From Podarcis filfolensis (Eukaryota), in the NCBI GenBank assembly GCA_964270895.1, contig OZ185441.1: DNA of 64,000 nt. The stretch is one strand, 5' to 3'. The notes under the pieces were generated by a model. It was given only the letters and a program-made list of their open reading frames with translations. It made no database searches and was not told the DNA's origin. The stretch's first letter is position 1. Each line of letters starts with the position of its first letter. Positions 45,558-56,899 of the stretch are shown piece by piece. Both the position numbers and the translations under genes were made by a program.

Positions 45558-46571
45558 TGTGGTATGACCTACGCTGACCTTTGGTGCAGTGCTACTCAAA
45601 GTGGTGTTCCATGGGCTGCTGCTGGTCTGCAAGCCATCAGTCGCAGGTCCATGATGACTCCACCACAGTCCAAGTTGGGTGGGATGCTTCAGGAGCCAAA
45701 TACGGTACTAGTCCGTGGCAGATTGGGGCAGGGGGAATTGCTGGTCCAAATCAGATAGTCTGAGAAGTGCTGCTGATTTGCCCTGTTTTGCCACATTTCT
45801 GATGTGTCTGCTGTCATAATAATACAGTACAGTAAATACAGTACTGTACAAAACTGTACTGTACATCCTCTTTTTTTGAGGGGGGGTGAGTGGGTGTATG
45901 TTTAAGTTCCAGGCCGTCTAACTAATTCATCTATTTTGGCTTTGGGACTTTTATTAGCATGTAAGTGCCAACTCCCCCCCCCCACTCCACCACCGTCAGT
46001 TTTCCTACCGATTTAATATTTCTGTATGATTCTCCTTGGTTTCTACAAGCCTATTGATTACCTTTACTTTATGGCCAAGCACAAGAGGCAATCAACCTTC
46101 CTGAGGGCGGATAAGAGTGAGAAAAGGGTGTTGGATGGAGGTGCAGCATTGTCCAACCTTAGCACAGTATCACTAATCTGGCTGAGAGTATATTCAATAA
46201 ACGGATGTTATCTTCCCCTAAGGGCTTTATATTAAATTTAAGGAGATGGCAAATGGGGACCTAAACCTCAGGAACTAAGGATGGTTAGGTCAGACAAGTA
46301 GTTTGTTAAGAGTGCTGGAACTGTAGCTCTCTGAGGTGTGTACCTATATATGGGATACAAACACAGGCTGTGTACACACCAAACATTTATGTTACCCTCC
46401 GCCAAATATTTTGAGGAACTGTAATTTACCCCCCAGAGAGCTACAGTTGCAGCACTCTTAACAAACCACAGTTCCCAGGATTCTTAGGGTGTAATGTGTG
46501 GGCTTCAAATGTGCTTTAAATATATGGTGTGTATTCAGCCACACTTGGCAGGACCCAGTGACTTGAAGACT

Positions 46572-46710
46572 AGGGATGTCCCTCTAGTGGCCCTCCAGAT
46601 GCTGCTGGACTACAACTCCAATCAGCCCCATCCAGCATGGCTGGTGGTCAAGGCTGATGGGAGTTGTAGTCCAACAATAGCTGGCAGGCCAAAGTTTTTC
46701 CATCCGTAAG
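46572..46710. mobile_element. Fold-back MITE
   Basis: ggactacaactcc ... ggagttgtagtcc inverted pair; boundaries approximate. Confidence 0.6.
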
Positions 46711-47939
46711 CTAAAGTTTCCCATGCTGGGTAATGTCAGATAGACTAGAAGTTTCTGCATCTGCATCTGAGCAACAAGGACATTTAAAAATTCAGGACAA
46801 AATGCCCCAGGCTAGGCAACAGTGCCTCTTCTTTCAAGAACTTCCTCTCTGGGTAGCTAAAGAATCTCCCACCTGGAATAGCACTTCTCCATGGTTGCTC
46901 AGCCAATGTTTCTATCATTTTCTCAACCAAGAGCAGGATCTCAGATCAGCTGGATCCTTCCGTTGAAAGTTCCAGTTTTATAGAGACACAAACCTCTCAG
47001 TAATGCCCCCATAGTTCTCATAATTGCAGAGACAACCTTGATAAACAAGGCCTAGCAACCCACAAGTGCCAGAAGCAGTGTAAATAACAATAACCCAAAA
47101 TTTATATTTAATCTTAAAATATTTATGTTTAATCTTAAAATATATCTTTTAGTCGTCGTTGTCCCCCAAAAGTTACTCTCATTATTTTAATGGCCAGGGT
47201 ATGTAATCCACAGAAAAATACCTCAGGAAATATTGCCAATCTTTCAGCTAGACTCATTGCTCTGTGAAAGATTTCTCTCTCTTCCAATTTGCTCTTATTT
47301 TGAACGATAGCTTAGCATAGATTCCACATGACCTCAGCCATCTCCCTGCTTGAGAATTAGCTCCTTTGTTTATACCAGTGCATATCACTGTATAGCTCCT
47401 TATTCTATCACAGTTACCCCTTCACTATTTTTATCGTTGCTCACTCTTATTCCCTCATCAGTCTATAGGTTTCATTAACTTTCCATTTAAACGTGCTATC
47501 GGTTTTCTTTTAATACATAACCCTTCCATTGTGTAATCGCGAATTCCAGCACACTGGCCTATTTCCCAAGTGTATCCAAATCCTTTCACAGTCTGGAGCA
47601 TTCCTGAAATTTATCAACCATCCCCATCCTATTATAATGTCATTGGCATGTCTGGGCCAGCAATTCAGTTTATAAGCCTTAAACAGAGCAGGTCCGTCTC
47701 AGCATTCAGCCAGGAGGGATCCCCCTCCCAAATTGTCAGCTCCATGTGTGGGGAGGTTAGATCTCCCCTGCCACCATGAGTCATATCACTGTTTCTTAAC
47801 TGCTCTGCAGGGCCTGATATCTGGCCTTGAACTACAGCAGTATTACACAACCTTGGGACCCTCCAAGACGAACATTGCCCACCAGCCACGTTCTGCAGCT
47901 TGGCAGCCCTGCTGTTTCTGTAGTCCAATAGTAGTAGTA

Positions 47940-48425
47940 ATGATGATGATGATGATATTATTGTCTCCCCAACCACTCTGGGGGGCTCCCAACAGATTAA
48001 AAACAGAATTTAACATCAAACATTAAAAACTTCCTTAAACAGGGCTGCCTTCAGATGTCTTCTAAAAGTCAGATAGTTGTTTATTTCCTTGTCATCTGGT
48101 GGGAGGGCATTCCACAGAGCGGGCACCACCACCGAGAAGGCCCCCTGCCTGGTTCCCTGTAACCTCACATCTCGCAGTGAGGGAACCGCCAGAAGGTCCT
48201 TGGAGCTGGACTTCAGTTTCCGGGCAGAATGATGGGGGTGGAGACGCTTCTTCAGGTATACTGGGCTGAGGCTGTTTAGGGCTTTAAAGGTCAGCACCAA
48301 CACTTTGAATTGTGCTCGGAAACATACTGGGAGCCAATGTAAGTCTTTCAGGACCAGTGTTATATGGTCTTGGCAGTCACTCCCAGTCACCAGTCTAGCT
48401 GCCGCATTCTGGATTAGTTGTAGAC
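47940..48425 (-). mobile_element. L2-clade LINE 3' fragment
   Basis: ORF 48016..48390 reads DHITLVLKDLHWLPV...FKVLVLTFKAL...GAFSVVVPALWNALP, the conserved C-terminus of L2 ORF2, followed by a simple-repeat tail. Confidence 0.88.
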
Positions 48426-48477
48426 AGCAATACCAGGGGGTTTATGGAAGTCTTGGTGGGTCACAATCATAGATATT

Positions 48478-48648
48478 TAGGAACATAGGAAGCAGCTGTA
48501 TACCAGGTCAGTCCATTGTCTGCCCTGAGGTGCAGCAGTTCTCCGGGATTTCAGAGGAGTCCTTCCCAGCCGTACCTGGAGATGATGCCAGGAATTGAAG
48601 CTGGGACCTCATGCAAACAAAGTGCATGCTCTGTGACTCAGCTCCATC
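48478..48648 (-). mobile_element. tRNA-derived SINE (Squam3-like)
   Basis: taggaacataggaagc tail and acctggagat...gggacct head on the reverse strand. Confidence 0.7.
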
Positions 48649-49217
48649 TCAGTTCTAGGTGGCTTTGGCTTGGTGGGTCACACATCCCAAAAAAATCCCT
48701 ATGGTTCTAGGTGACTTTGGTTTGGCGCATCATACATAAGTCATGTTTCATGCCAGTCCTCAAAGCAGACATTTCCCCCCATTTTTTCCTTTGGTTGGCA
48801 TTTAAAGTCACCACATAGTGACTTTAAAAAAACAAGCACACCATCTTCCCCAACTCAAAGCATGCCTTTCAAAAGTGGGTATCAGTGTCAAAATCTTGAG
48901 AGGCCCAAGTTATCATGTATAGAAGCAGCACAAGAAAAAATAAAAGAGAAGGCACAGAAGGGGTATAAGTGAACTGGTGGGATGGGGCAGCTTTGTCCAA
49001 CATTTTAGATTTCTGAAAGAGAAATCATGATGTATTTCCATTTAGTGCTTCCATCTTAAACATAGTCTTTCTGCAGCAATTCTTACAGATTTTGATCGCT
49101 TTGACTCTCAAGTGATCATGCTTAGGACTGCAGCCTTATTGCTTGCCTGGATGGCTGGATGAATTTCTCAGTATTTTGGCATATACTAGAGAAAAATAAC
49201 ACCACTAGACTATGGGT

Positions 49218-49225
49218 CCCCCCCC

Positions 49226-49256
<31 letters not shown>

Positions 49257-49265
49257 TGTGTGTGT
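49218..49265. repeat. Compound poly-C/(CT)n/(GT)n microsatellite
   Basis: Direct observation. Confidence 0.93.
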
Positions 49266-52200
49266 CTCTTAAAGAGATGACTGGACCCAGTCATCAAACA
49301 GTTTAAGAAGTACAACTGATGCAAGAAGTTCTGAAGCAAGCTGGTGTATCAATTGGAAGTGAAGTTAAGAAATGGGAGAAAAGTGAAAGTGATACCAGGG
49401 AGAAGCAAGACGAAAGCCTTGGAGAGAGAGAGAGGCGGGGGGGCCAAGAAGCAAAGAAAGGGATCAGGCAAAGTGAATGTGCCAGAAAAATAGGTAGGTC
49501 TGTGAAATTTCATAGATCTCTGACGGCTTTTTGAAGAGGAATGCATGCAGCTGACTGTATTTAGGAGAGGGGAAGCTTCTGATATCTATTCCATCTTATT
49601 AGACATGAAATTTGGAAATTTCCAAAGGCTCTGAGCAGTCTGGGAAACTGATTTTGGGGAACGCATTTCAGACTCCGCATGGAACTTAATGTGGACCTCT
49701 ACTCCCTTTAAAGTGTTCTCTGTTGCAGTTTGAGAGAAGCAGCATTCAAGGTTGCACATCTTAATTCTGGAGAAATTAAGCTATATGAGCTCATCCCTAT
49801 CTCCTAATTGCTGGAGAAGTTACAGCCGCTACTCTCATGTGGGGTCCCTATATGCCTCACTTCTAGGATCTTGTGTTTAACCGTATCTCTAAAAATCACT
49901 GAACAAGCAGTTCCAAAGGCTCATTTTTCAGCTCTGCTCTGCTCTTCCTCTTTACTAATCCCAAATTACGTTGCAAGGACCTTATCCTCCTCTTGTTCGC
50001 TGCAGCCAGAATGACTGTAGCTAGTGGTTGGAAAACATCCTCTGACTTCTCAATTGCTAACTAGTACAGCTGCATTTGGCACATCAGCTTTGATGGAAAC
50101 ATTTACAAAGGCCATGCCCAGCCTGGTGCATTTACTACTATGTGGTTCCCTTTCCTTATGTTCTCCAACTCCTCATCTGTAGGTTTAAAAGATCTGACCT
50201 GCAGTCTTTTGATAAAGGGCAGTATACAAATCTTGTTGTTGTTAATTTACATGCTGACCTATGGAAGGACCTGATGAGATAGTCTGTCCCTTCCTATGTG
50301 AATATTTTTGTGTGTATGAATATTGCTTTGTCCACATGCCCTGTAAAATGAACCACAAGAGACCCATGATCATGGATTTATTATTGTTGATTCTGCAATG
50401 CAAAGTTCTGATGGTACAAAATCAATAGTATATATATTGATTCCTCTATCTATCTATCTGAACAGGGATCAGGTGGTCACTGCTGGTGGGAGAAATAATG
50501 AAGACGGGTAGATGGGGCTTTACAACAGACAATGTGTATTAATTCACATCCTTCCACATGTGGAAAGTCAGCCTTGCTTTGTTTTCCTGCTCACTCTGCT
50601 GAGTGGGGCCCTGGATTTCTGCCCACAAAGTCTTGCCTTGGTGCCAGACTCTGTGAACTGACATTCTTAGGGGCGAGTCTCCCAGGAGCGGCATGGGCTG
50701 TCAGATTCCTCCTTCGTCTCACCGTTGCTGCTTGTAGAAATTAGCAGGGAGGCAGATTAGGGCAAAGCTAGAATTAGTTGACTTTGCCTGCCATTAGCTC
50801 TGGCTCCGCCTACTTTCTGCCCTACTAATCGCAGTGGGTGCCAGTCACCACTGCCTATGACCATGGGGAGCCAACTAACTTCCTCTTCCTTTTATAAAAC
50901 CTCTGAGACCTGCTGCTCATGACTGCTAGATATACAATGCTTGGGGAGGGGGGGTTGGTCTCTGCATGCACACCACACCATATGTTAATACGCAAGGATT
51001 CAGAGTTGCTTAGACTAACACAGGTGTTAGCGTTCACTGTGTGAATGCATTTAATGTGGCTTTAGCGACTGTGGTTGATCCGTGATCAGGGTTGCAACCA
51101 TAGCATATGAAGGGAGGGAGACTTCATCATTCCCTCACAAGGTGGTCCTGCCAAAACTCCCCCCCCAAAGCTGCTATTAGCTCCAGAAGCTAAATTAATA
51201 ATGACCAATTATTCTATATGAATATGAGTTAGTCTGCAACGATTCAGTACTAACTCAAAAGGCATGGTAGAAGTTCCCAATGCAGCCAACGTGTCTCAAG
51301 GAAGAGCATAAGCTAGGGAACGCCAGAATCTGCTCTCTGCTAGCTTTTCAACCTATAATGCATTCCTTTTCGGATCACCCCCCTATCATTAGGAGTATTT
51401 GTAACTGTGTACCAGATGTCTGGAAAGGGAATCTCTTCCCACTAGCAAAGCCATACCAGGGAAGGTTTGCTGTGTGTCCCTTCCTGAAGCAGCAAAGAGG
51501 ACTTCTTTCCAGTCCAGTTTGGAACATTAGGTGAATTGCAACTTGCTTTACTTTAGCCGTGCTACTAATGCTGCAGAAAGGGAAAAGCGGAAGAGTGGTG
51601 TTTTCGGCCAGTTTGCTTCTTTGCAAGAGAGTCTACTGTATTGGGGAAAGGGCAACCTGCACCCCTGCAAGATAAGTTAGGTGTTAGGAACAACAGGGAG
51701 ACCTGGCAGGGAGTCACCATTTCCTGCCGTGAGAATGGGGGGGGGCAAGGGGGGAATCATGGTGGGATATGGCAGATGTGCTCAATGGAGGACCTTTTCT
51801 AGGCACCATGATTCACTGTGCTGCTGAAGTGTAGCAGAGGGAGTGAAAGTGGGGGTGGGGTCTCAGGAAGGAGTTCTCTCCTCCCCACCCCCAAAATCAC
51901 ATCTGGGAGTTGTGAGCAAAACCAGACTGTTTTGACGCTCTGCTGTGAGCAGGCCAAATTAATAATCTGGCAAGACAGCTGCTACTGTTCTTTCGTCTGA
52001 GCAACTCAACTCATCACCTCGGGGAGAGACTCTCTTTCTCCAAGGCGCCTGCCTGCCTCCTTTGCCTGCCCAGGTCTTCTGCCTCTGCAGGGTTGCTCCT
52101 CAGCTTTGGGCTTAGCTCTGTCCCCTTGCCCATAAACCGCCTGCCACTATGGTCTTGACAGTTTGCTGCCCACGGACATTGTCACCACTTCATCTCATTT

Positions 52201-53666
52201 GCTGCCTGTGACTACAGAGGACCATTGCCAGAGGCTGATCTTTCCAAGGTCCAGGATCAAATACTTCTGAGGCACAGGGAATTTGGGAGACAGAGTCTGT
52301 ATGAGAGAGACAGAGAGAGAGATTCATGGGAAGATGGAGACTAAGGACTATCAGGGACATGGAATAAATGCAGAAAGAGCATTTAACGTGCAAGAACTCC
52401 GACAGGGGCACACCTGGCACCTGCAAAATACTCAAGGGAAGGTTTCCTGAATGACTACCTGGCCTCTAAATAAAATTCCTGTGATCTGCAGTTCTATTCC
52501 CCTAAGTATGCAACCCCTGTTACTACCTGTCTCAGTGCTTTTCTCTGGCTGTTGTTCAGACCATAACAAATGGCAGCAACTTGCTCTAACAAGGTCTATG
52601 ACTGGACTGAAGACTTTTGTGTCTCCAGGGCTGGAGCAGCAGAAGGCCTTAAAGCAGCTGGACTCATATTTGGAGCTGTGCCTTCTTCCTGGGCAATTTC
52701 CACCAGGCTCATTGTCTGCACTGATAACCTAACATGGCGGATGTGGGCTACTGATGTGAAGCAGAAAAGTTCTTGAGAGGCACAGGCCAGGAGCATTTGG
52801 GTTCTGGAGATCCAAACTGAAACTGTCGTCATTGATCAAGCTCAAGATCACCTGATCCAGCAGACTCTGACTCAGTTCTTGTTGCTAAGGCCCGGGCTCA
52901 GTTTTCTACACCTCTGCCGCCTCCTCAGATTGGCTGCTCCTATCTGAGTCAAGAGTAAGAAGCAGAGTCCAGGTTGCGGTTCACACCCAGGGATTCTGAT
53001 GGCTATGTTGCCTATGTAAAAACAAGTCTTTTCTTTTCTTTTTTTAAGTGAGATTTTTTAAAAATAAAGTTGGATTCTGAATAAAGTTTGCAAGCCAAGC
53101 CCCCTGTGCCTATGCTTTGTGGATCTGCAGTATAAGTTCTGCACTCAGAAGCTGAGTTGCCTTGGCAAGCACCCAGTATCAAATAGCCTTGGTGATAGAA
53201 GGATGATCTGAAAAAGGAATCCATGACTGCTGGGAAGCTGGCAGAAAGGCTGTTCCACCAGTCATTCCAAAAGTCTTAAAATTTTGGCAGTGTGATGCTG
53301 TGGCCGAAATGGTCACTGCAGTGAGTAAGGATCAACAAGAGAGTCAGGGGTATGTGCTGAAATGACACAGATTTTACTTCTCTATCTATCTATCTATATA
53401 TATGAGTCACAATCCACTTCTTGAACAAGCTCCATTTATATGAGTGGGGCATCCATCCTCACACATGGAAACACCTTATTTGGGCTGCAATTTTTATGCA
53501 CACTTCTCTGAAACCAAGTCCCACTGATCTCCGTAGGTCTTACTTCCGAGTAAGATATGGATAGGATTGCACTGCTAGGCTAGGTTTGTGCAGGGGGAAA
53601 AACACCATAAACTGGATAGTGTGCACCGTAACTTACAAACCAATATTTAGGCTAGACTCATCCACA

Positions 53667-53714
<48 letters not shown>
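53667..53714. repeat. (ATT)16 microsatellite
   Basis: Direct count. Confidence 0.97.
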
Positions 53715-53715
<1 letters not shown>

Positions 53716-53927
53716 GATTAAAAAGCTAAACTCTCTGCCCAGTTGAACTACTCCAGTGCACATATTTTCCCCAACAACTTCCTCATTTTCCACCTTGTCC
53801 ACCAGGCTTTGATTATGGAACAACTGCCCTAGTATATCAGCCATCCATTTCGTAGTGCAGACGTATCTTTATCATTAAGGACTACAGAAAAGCGGTCATT
53901 GTGAGAAGGGGAAGGACCATGCATTGC

Positions 53928-54115
53928 ACAGGAACAAGCTTTCTGTTCAACCAGACCATTGGCCCATCTTAAGCCCAGTATTGTCTAGACTGACTGTCAG
54001 CTGTTTTCCAGCATTTCAGATAGGGAATCTTTCCCATCCTTACCTAGAGATGCCTGGGATTGAACCTGAGACCTTTGGCATGCAACGCAGGTACTCTGCC
54101 ACTGAGCTGTGGCTC
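53928..54115 (-). mobile_element. tRNA-derived SINE (Squam3-like)
   Basis: agatgcctgggattgaacc (B-box) ... ctctgccactgagct (A-box) on the reverse strand. Confidence 0.75.
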
Positions 54116-54460
54116 TTCCGCACTGCAGGTGTCTTTTTGTGTTATGGTGTGTGGGATAACACACTGCACTCTCCTTGGGATCCCTGTTGGTGAAGGTGAA
54201 ATAATCCTATGTCAAGAATGGAGAACGTGTCTTTATCTGCGCTACCATAGTGTCCCTTAGTGCTTTGCTTTTCCCCACCGGAGTGAACCTACTATTCTAT
54301 GAGTATTACTTTATTTGATATAAGTTGCTTATTTTAAAGGTGTGTTTTATTATCATATTTTTGTATTGGATTAGATTGTTATAAGGTGTACATTTTTTGA
54401 TTCTTCAGTTTGTAAACCTCCTTGGGTATTGTAAAATAGAAAGATGGTATACAAATTAAA

Positions 54461-54810
54461 GGGATGCAGGTGGCGCTGTGGGTTAAACCACAGTGCCTAG
54501 GACTTGCCGATCAGAAGGTCGGCGGTTTGAATCCCCGCGACGGGGTGAGCTCCCATTGCTCGGTCCCTGCTCCTGCCAACCTAGCAGTTCGAAAGCACGT
54601 CAAAGTGCAAGTAGATAAATAGGTACCGCTCCGGCGGGAAGGTAAACGGCGTTTCCGTGCGCTGCTCTGGTTCGCCAGAAGCGGCTTAGTCATCCTGGTC
54701 ACATGACCCGGAAGCTGTACGCCGGCTCCCTCGGCCAGTACAGTGAGATGAGCACTGCAACCCCAGAGTCCGTCATGACTGGACCTAATGGTCAGGAGTC
54801 CCTTTACCTT
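54461..54810 (+). mobile_element. Sauria SINE, full length
   Basis: A/B boxes, CCTTTACCTT tail, perfect 13-bp TSD TATACAAATTAAA (54448..54460 and 54811..54823). Confidence 0.93.
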
Positions 54811-56673
54811 TATACAAATTAAAAGTGATGGTAATGATGATGATGATGAACCGACCTTACATGTGAGAGGGTAAAGTTGGGTGCATTTGGGGATTTTGTT
54901 GGACTGGCTGAAATCTGCCTGCAACCACTGATGACTCTTTTGCCTGATGCAAAGAGGCATTTACTGCCCTCTCCCCATAACTATGGTGGAATCTACACAC
55001 ATACCCTCCCCAAAAAAGGTTCTGAAAATGCTTTTAAAAAAGTGTTTTAAAGAATACATTGAATTTTCCATAAGGCTCACCATGGCCATCTAGTGTCACA
55101 TTGTATATTGCACTTAAAACACACTTAAAAACATTTTATTTGAAGCTGTATAGCTGTCCTATGTCTCAGATTGTAGCCCATTTGCTACAAAGGGCAACAG
55201 AAACCACCAAGCCAGGCTTTGGTGTCTTGGTTAAGCTCACTTTCCCCTTTGTAGGTTTCACGAGAACACTCTGGTGTGGGTCTCTGCTTACAAGAACAAA
55301 GCACTGATGAAACTAATTTGGAAAAGAAATATGAAAAAGTAACAAGAGTTAAGCTGATACAGCTATGATGCCAGGGATCGTTTCTGCTTGAACAAGTGAC
55401 CGAGATGACGTGAGCAAAATTCCACGTTTAACAGAGCAGCACATTTACTCAGAAGTCCTAATGTGTTCTCCCAGGCTACTTTTCAGCTAAATGTGCATCA
55501 AATTGCAACCTAAGGGAATTGGCTGTATTGGGTGGTATATGTGCGATTTCAAAAAGTATCTTCAGTATCTGGTAGTTTTTTCCAAACTGCTCAATGTAAT
55601 TCATTTCTTGGTATACCGCTCCCCCTTCTGGCATACCACTGATAAAACAGGAAAACAGGATAGAGAAATTCTGATAGAAAGACAGGAAGGTCTACACAAG
55701 GATAATGCTTGGTAAGCTAGGAGCTGCAGCACATAAGATGGGGAGCATCTTCATAATGGGCATCCTGTTTAGGAATCTCATGCCTCATTCTCCTTATGTT
55801 TGGTTTCCATAATCCAATTTATGTCTCGTGAGCTTTTGGGCGCCTGTTGAAGACCTTCCTCTTTCAAAAAGCCCTTTAAGTGGAAATATTTGTCCAAGTC
55901 CGTATCTGTACTGGATTTTCCATGTGGTTTTCCATGTGAAATTGCTTTCATATATGGAATTGTTCTCAAGCATCTTTTACATATGGATTTATTTTTGATT
56001 GCTTTTGGGTTGATGTTTTTGATTTTTTTTTTTATGTGCTGGATCGTTTTAAAATGTGCTTTCTTTTGTTATTATTGGATGGTGGGTGGTTAGGGAGAAA
56101 ATACAGAACAAGTTTTCAGTACAGCACTAAGTGAAATAGTCTGTGACAAGATTGCATTCTACCACAAATAATAAAGTATTGCAGGAAAACAGTGAGGCCT
56201 GGCACTGATAGAGGAGCAACAGCTCTGTTAGTTTCAAGTATATTTATGGGTTTGCCAGTTTATATATATGTCATAATCCCATAGAGGTGACTGCCCTGAG
56301 TGCATTGATAATTGAAATCTGATCTGAGCACTCTTCGGACCACAGTAACAGTATTACTTCCAGTCACCCAACTTTAGGAAACTGTTGAAATGATTGAAAT
56401 AGCAAACTATCAAAGTTATGAATTGAACAATAGCAAAGAACGCAGAGACTGTAATGAGGGCAAAAATCTCAAGACATCTGGGACATGGGGAAATTTTTTA
56501 TAATTGGAGTATATAATTGGTAGCAGTATTATTATTGGAATGATTTGACTGGATTTGTCATTAATTGGAGGATTTTATTGAAAATGAATAAAAATTATTT
56601 AGAAATAAATAAATAAATAAATAGCAAATGCCGAACAGGGATAGAAGGTACCTAGATAGAAGGTACCTAGATA

Positions 56674-56899
56674 CAGTGGTACCTCAGGTTACATACGCTT
56701 CAGGTTACAGACTCTGCTAACCCAGAAGTAGTACCTTGGGTTAAGAACTTTGCTTCAGGATAAGAACAGAAATCATGCTCTGTCGGCACGGCAGCAGTGG
56801 GAGGCCCCATTAGCTAAAGTGGTGCTTCAGGTTAAGAACAGTTTCATGTTAAGAACGGACCTCTGGAATGAATTAAGTACGTAACCAGAGGTACCACTG
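56674..56899. mobile_element. Tc1/mariner (Tigger-like) MITE, copy D
   Basis: Same TIRs, TA TSD. Confidence 0.88.

Noticed and set aside
47280-47640. Possible decayed CR1 reverse-transcriptase remnant (minus strand)
   Set aside because: Only faint similarity to LQxDLxxLxxW and ERDLGV motifs; too weak to call.
56400-56625. Possible L1-like 3' end with (AAAT)n tail
   Set aside because: The tail is real but the upstream sequence has no diagnostic motif I can confirm.
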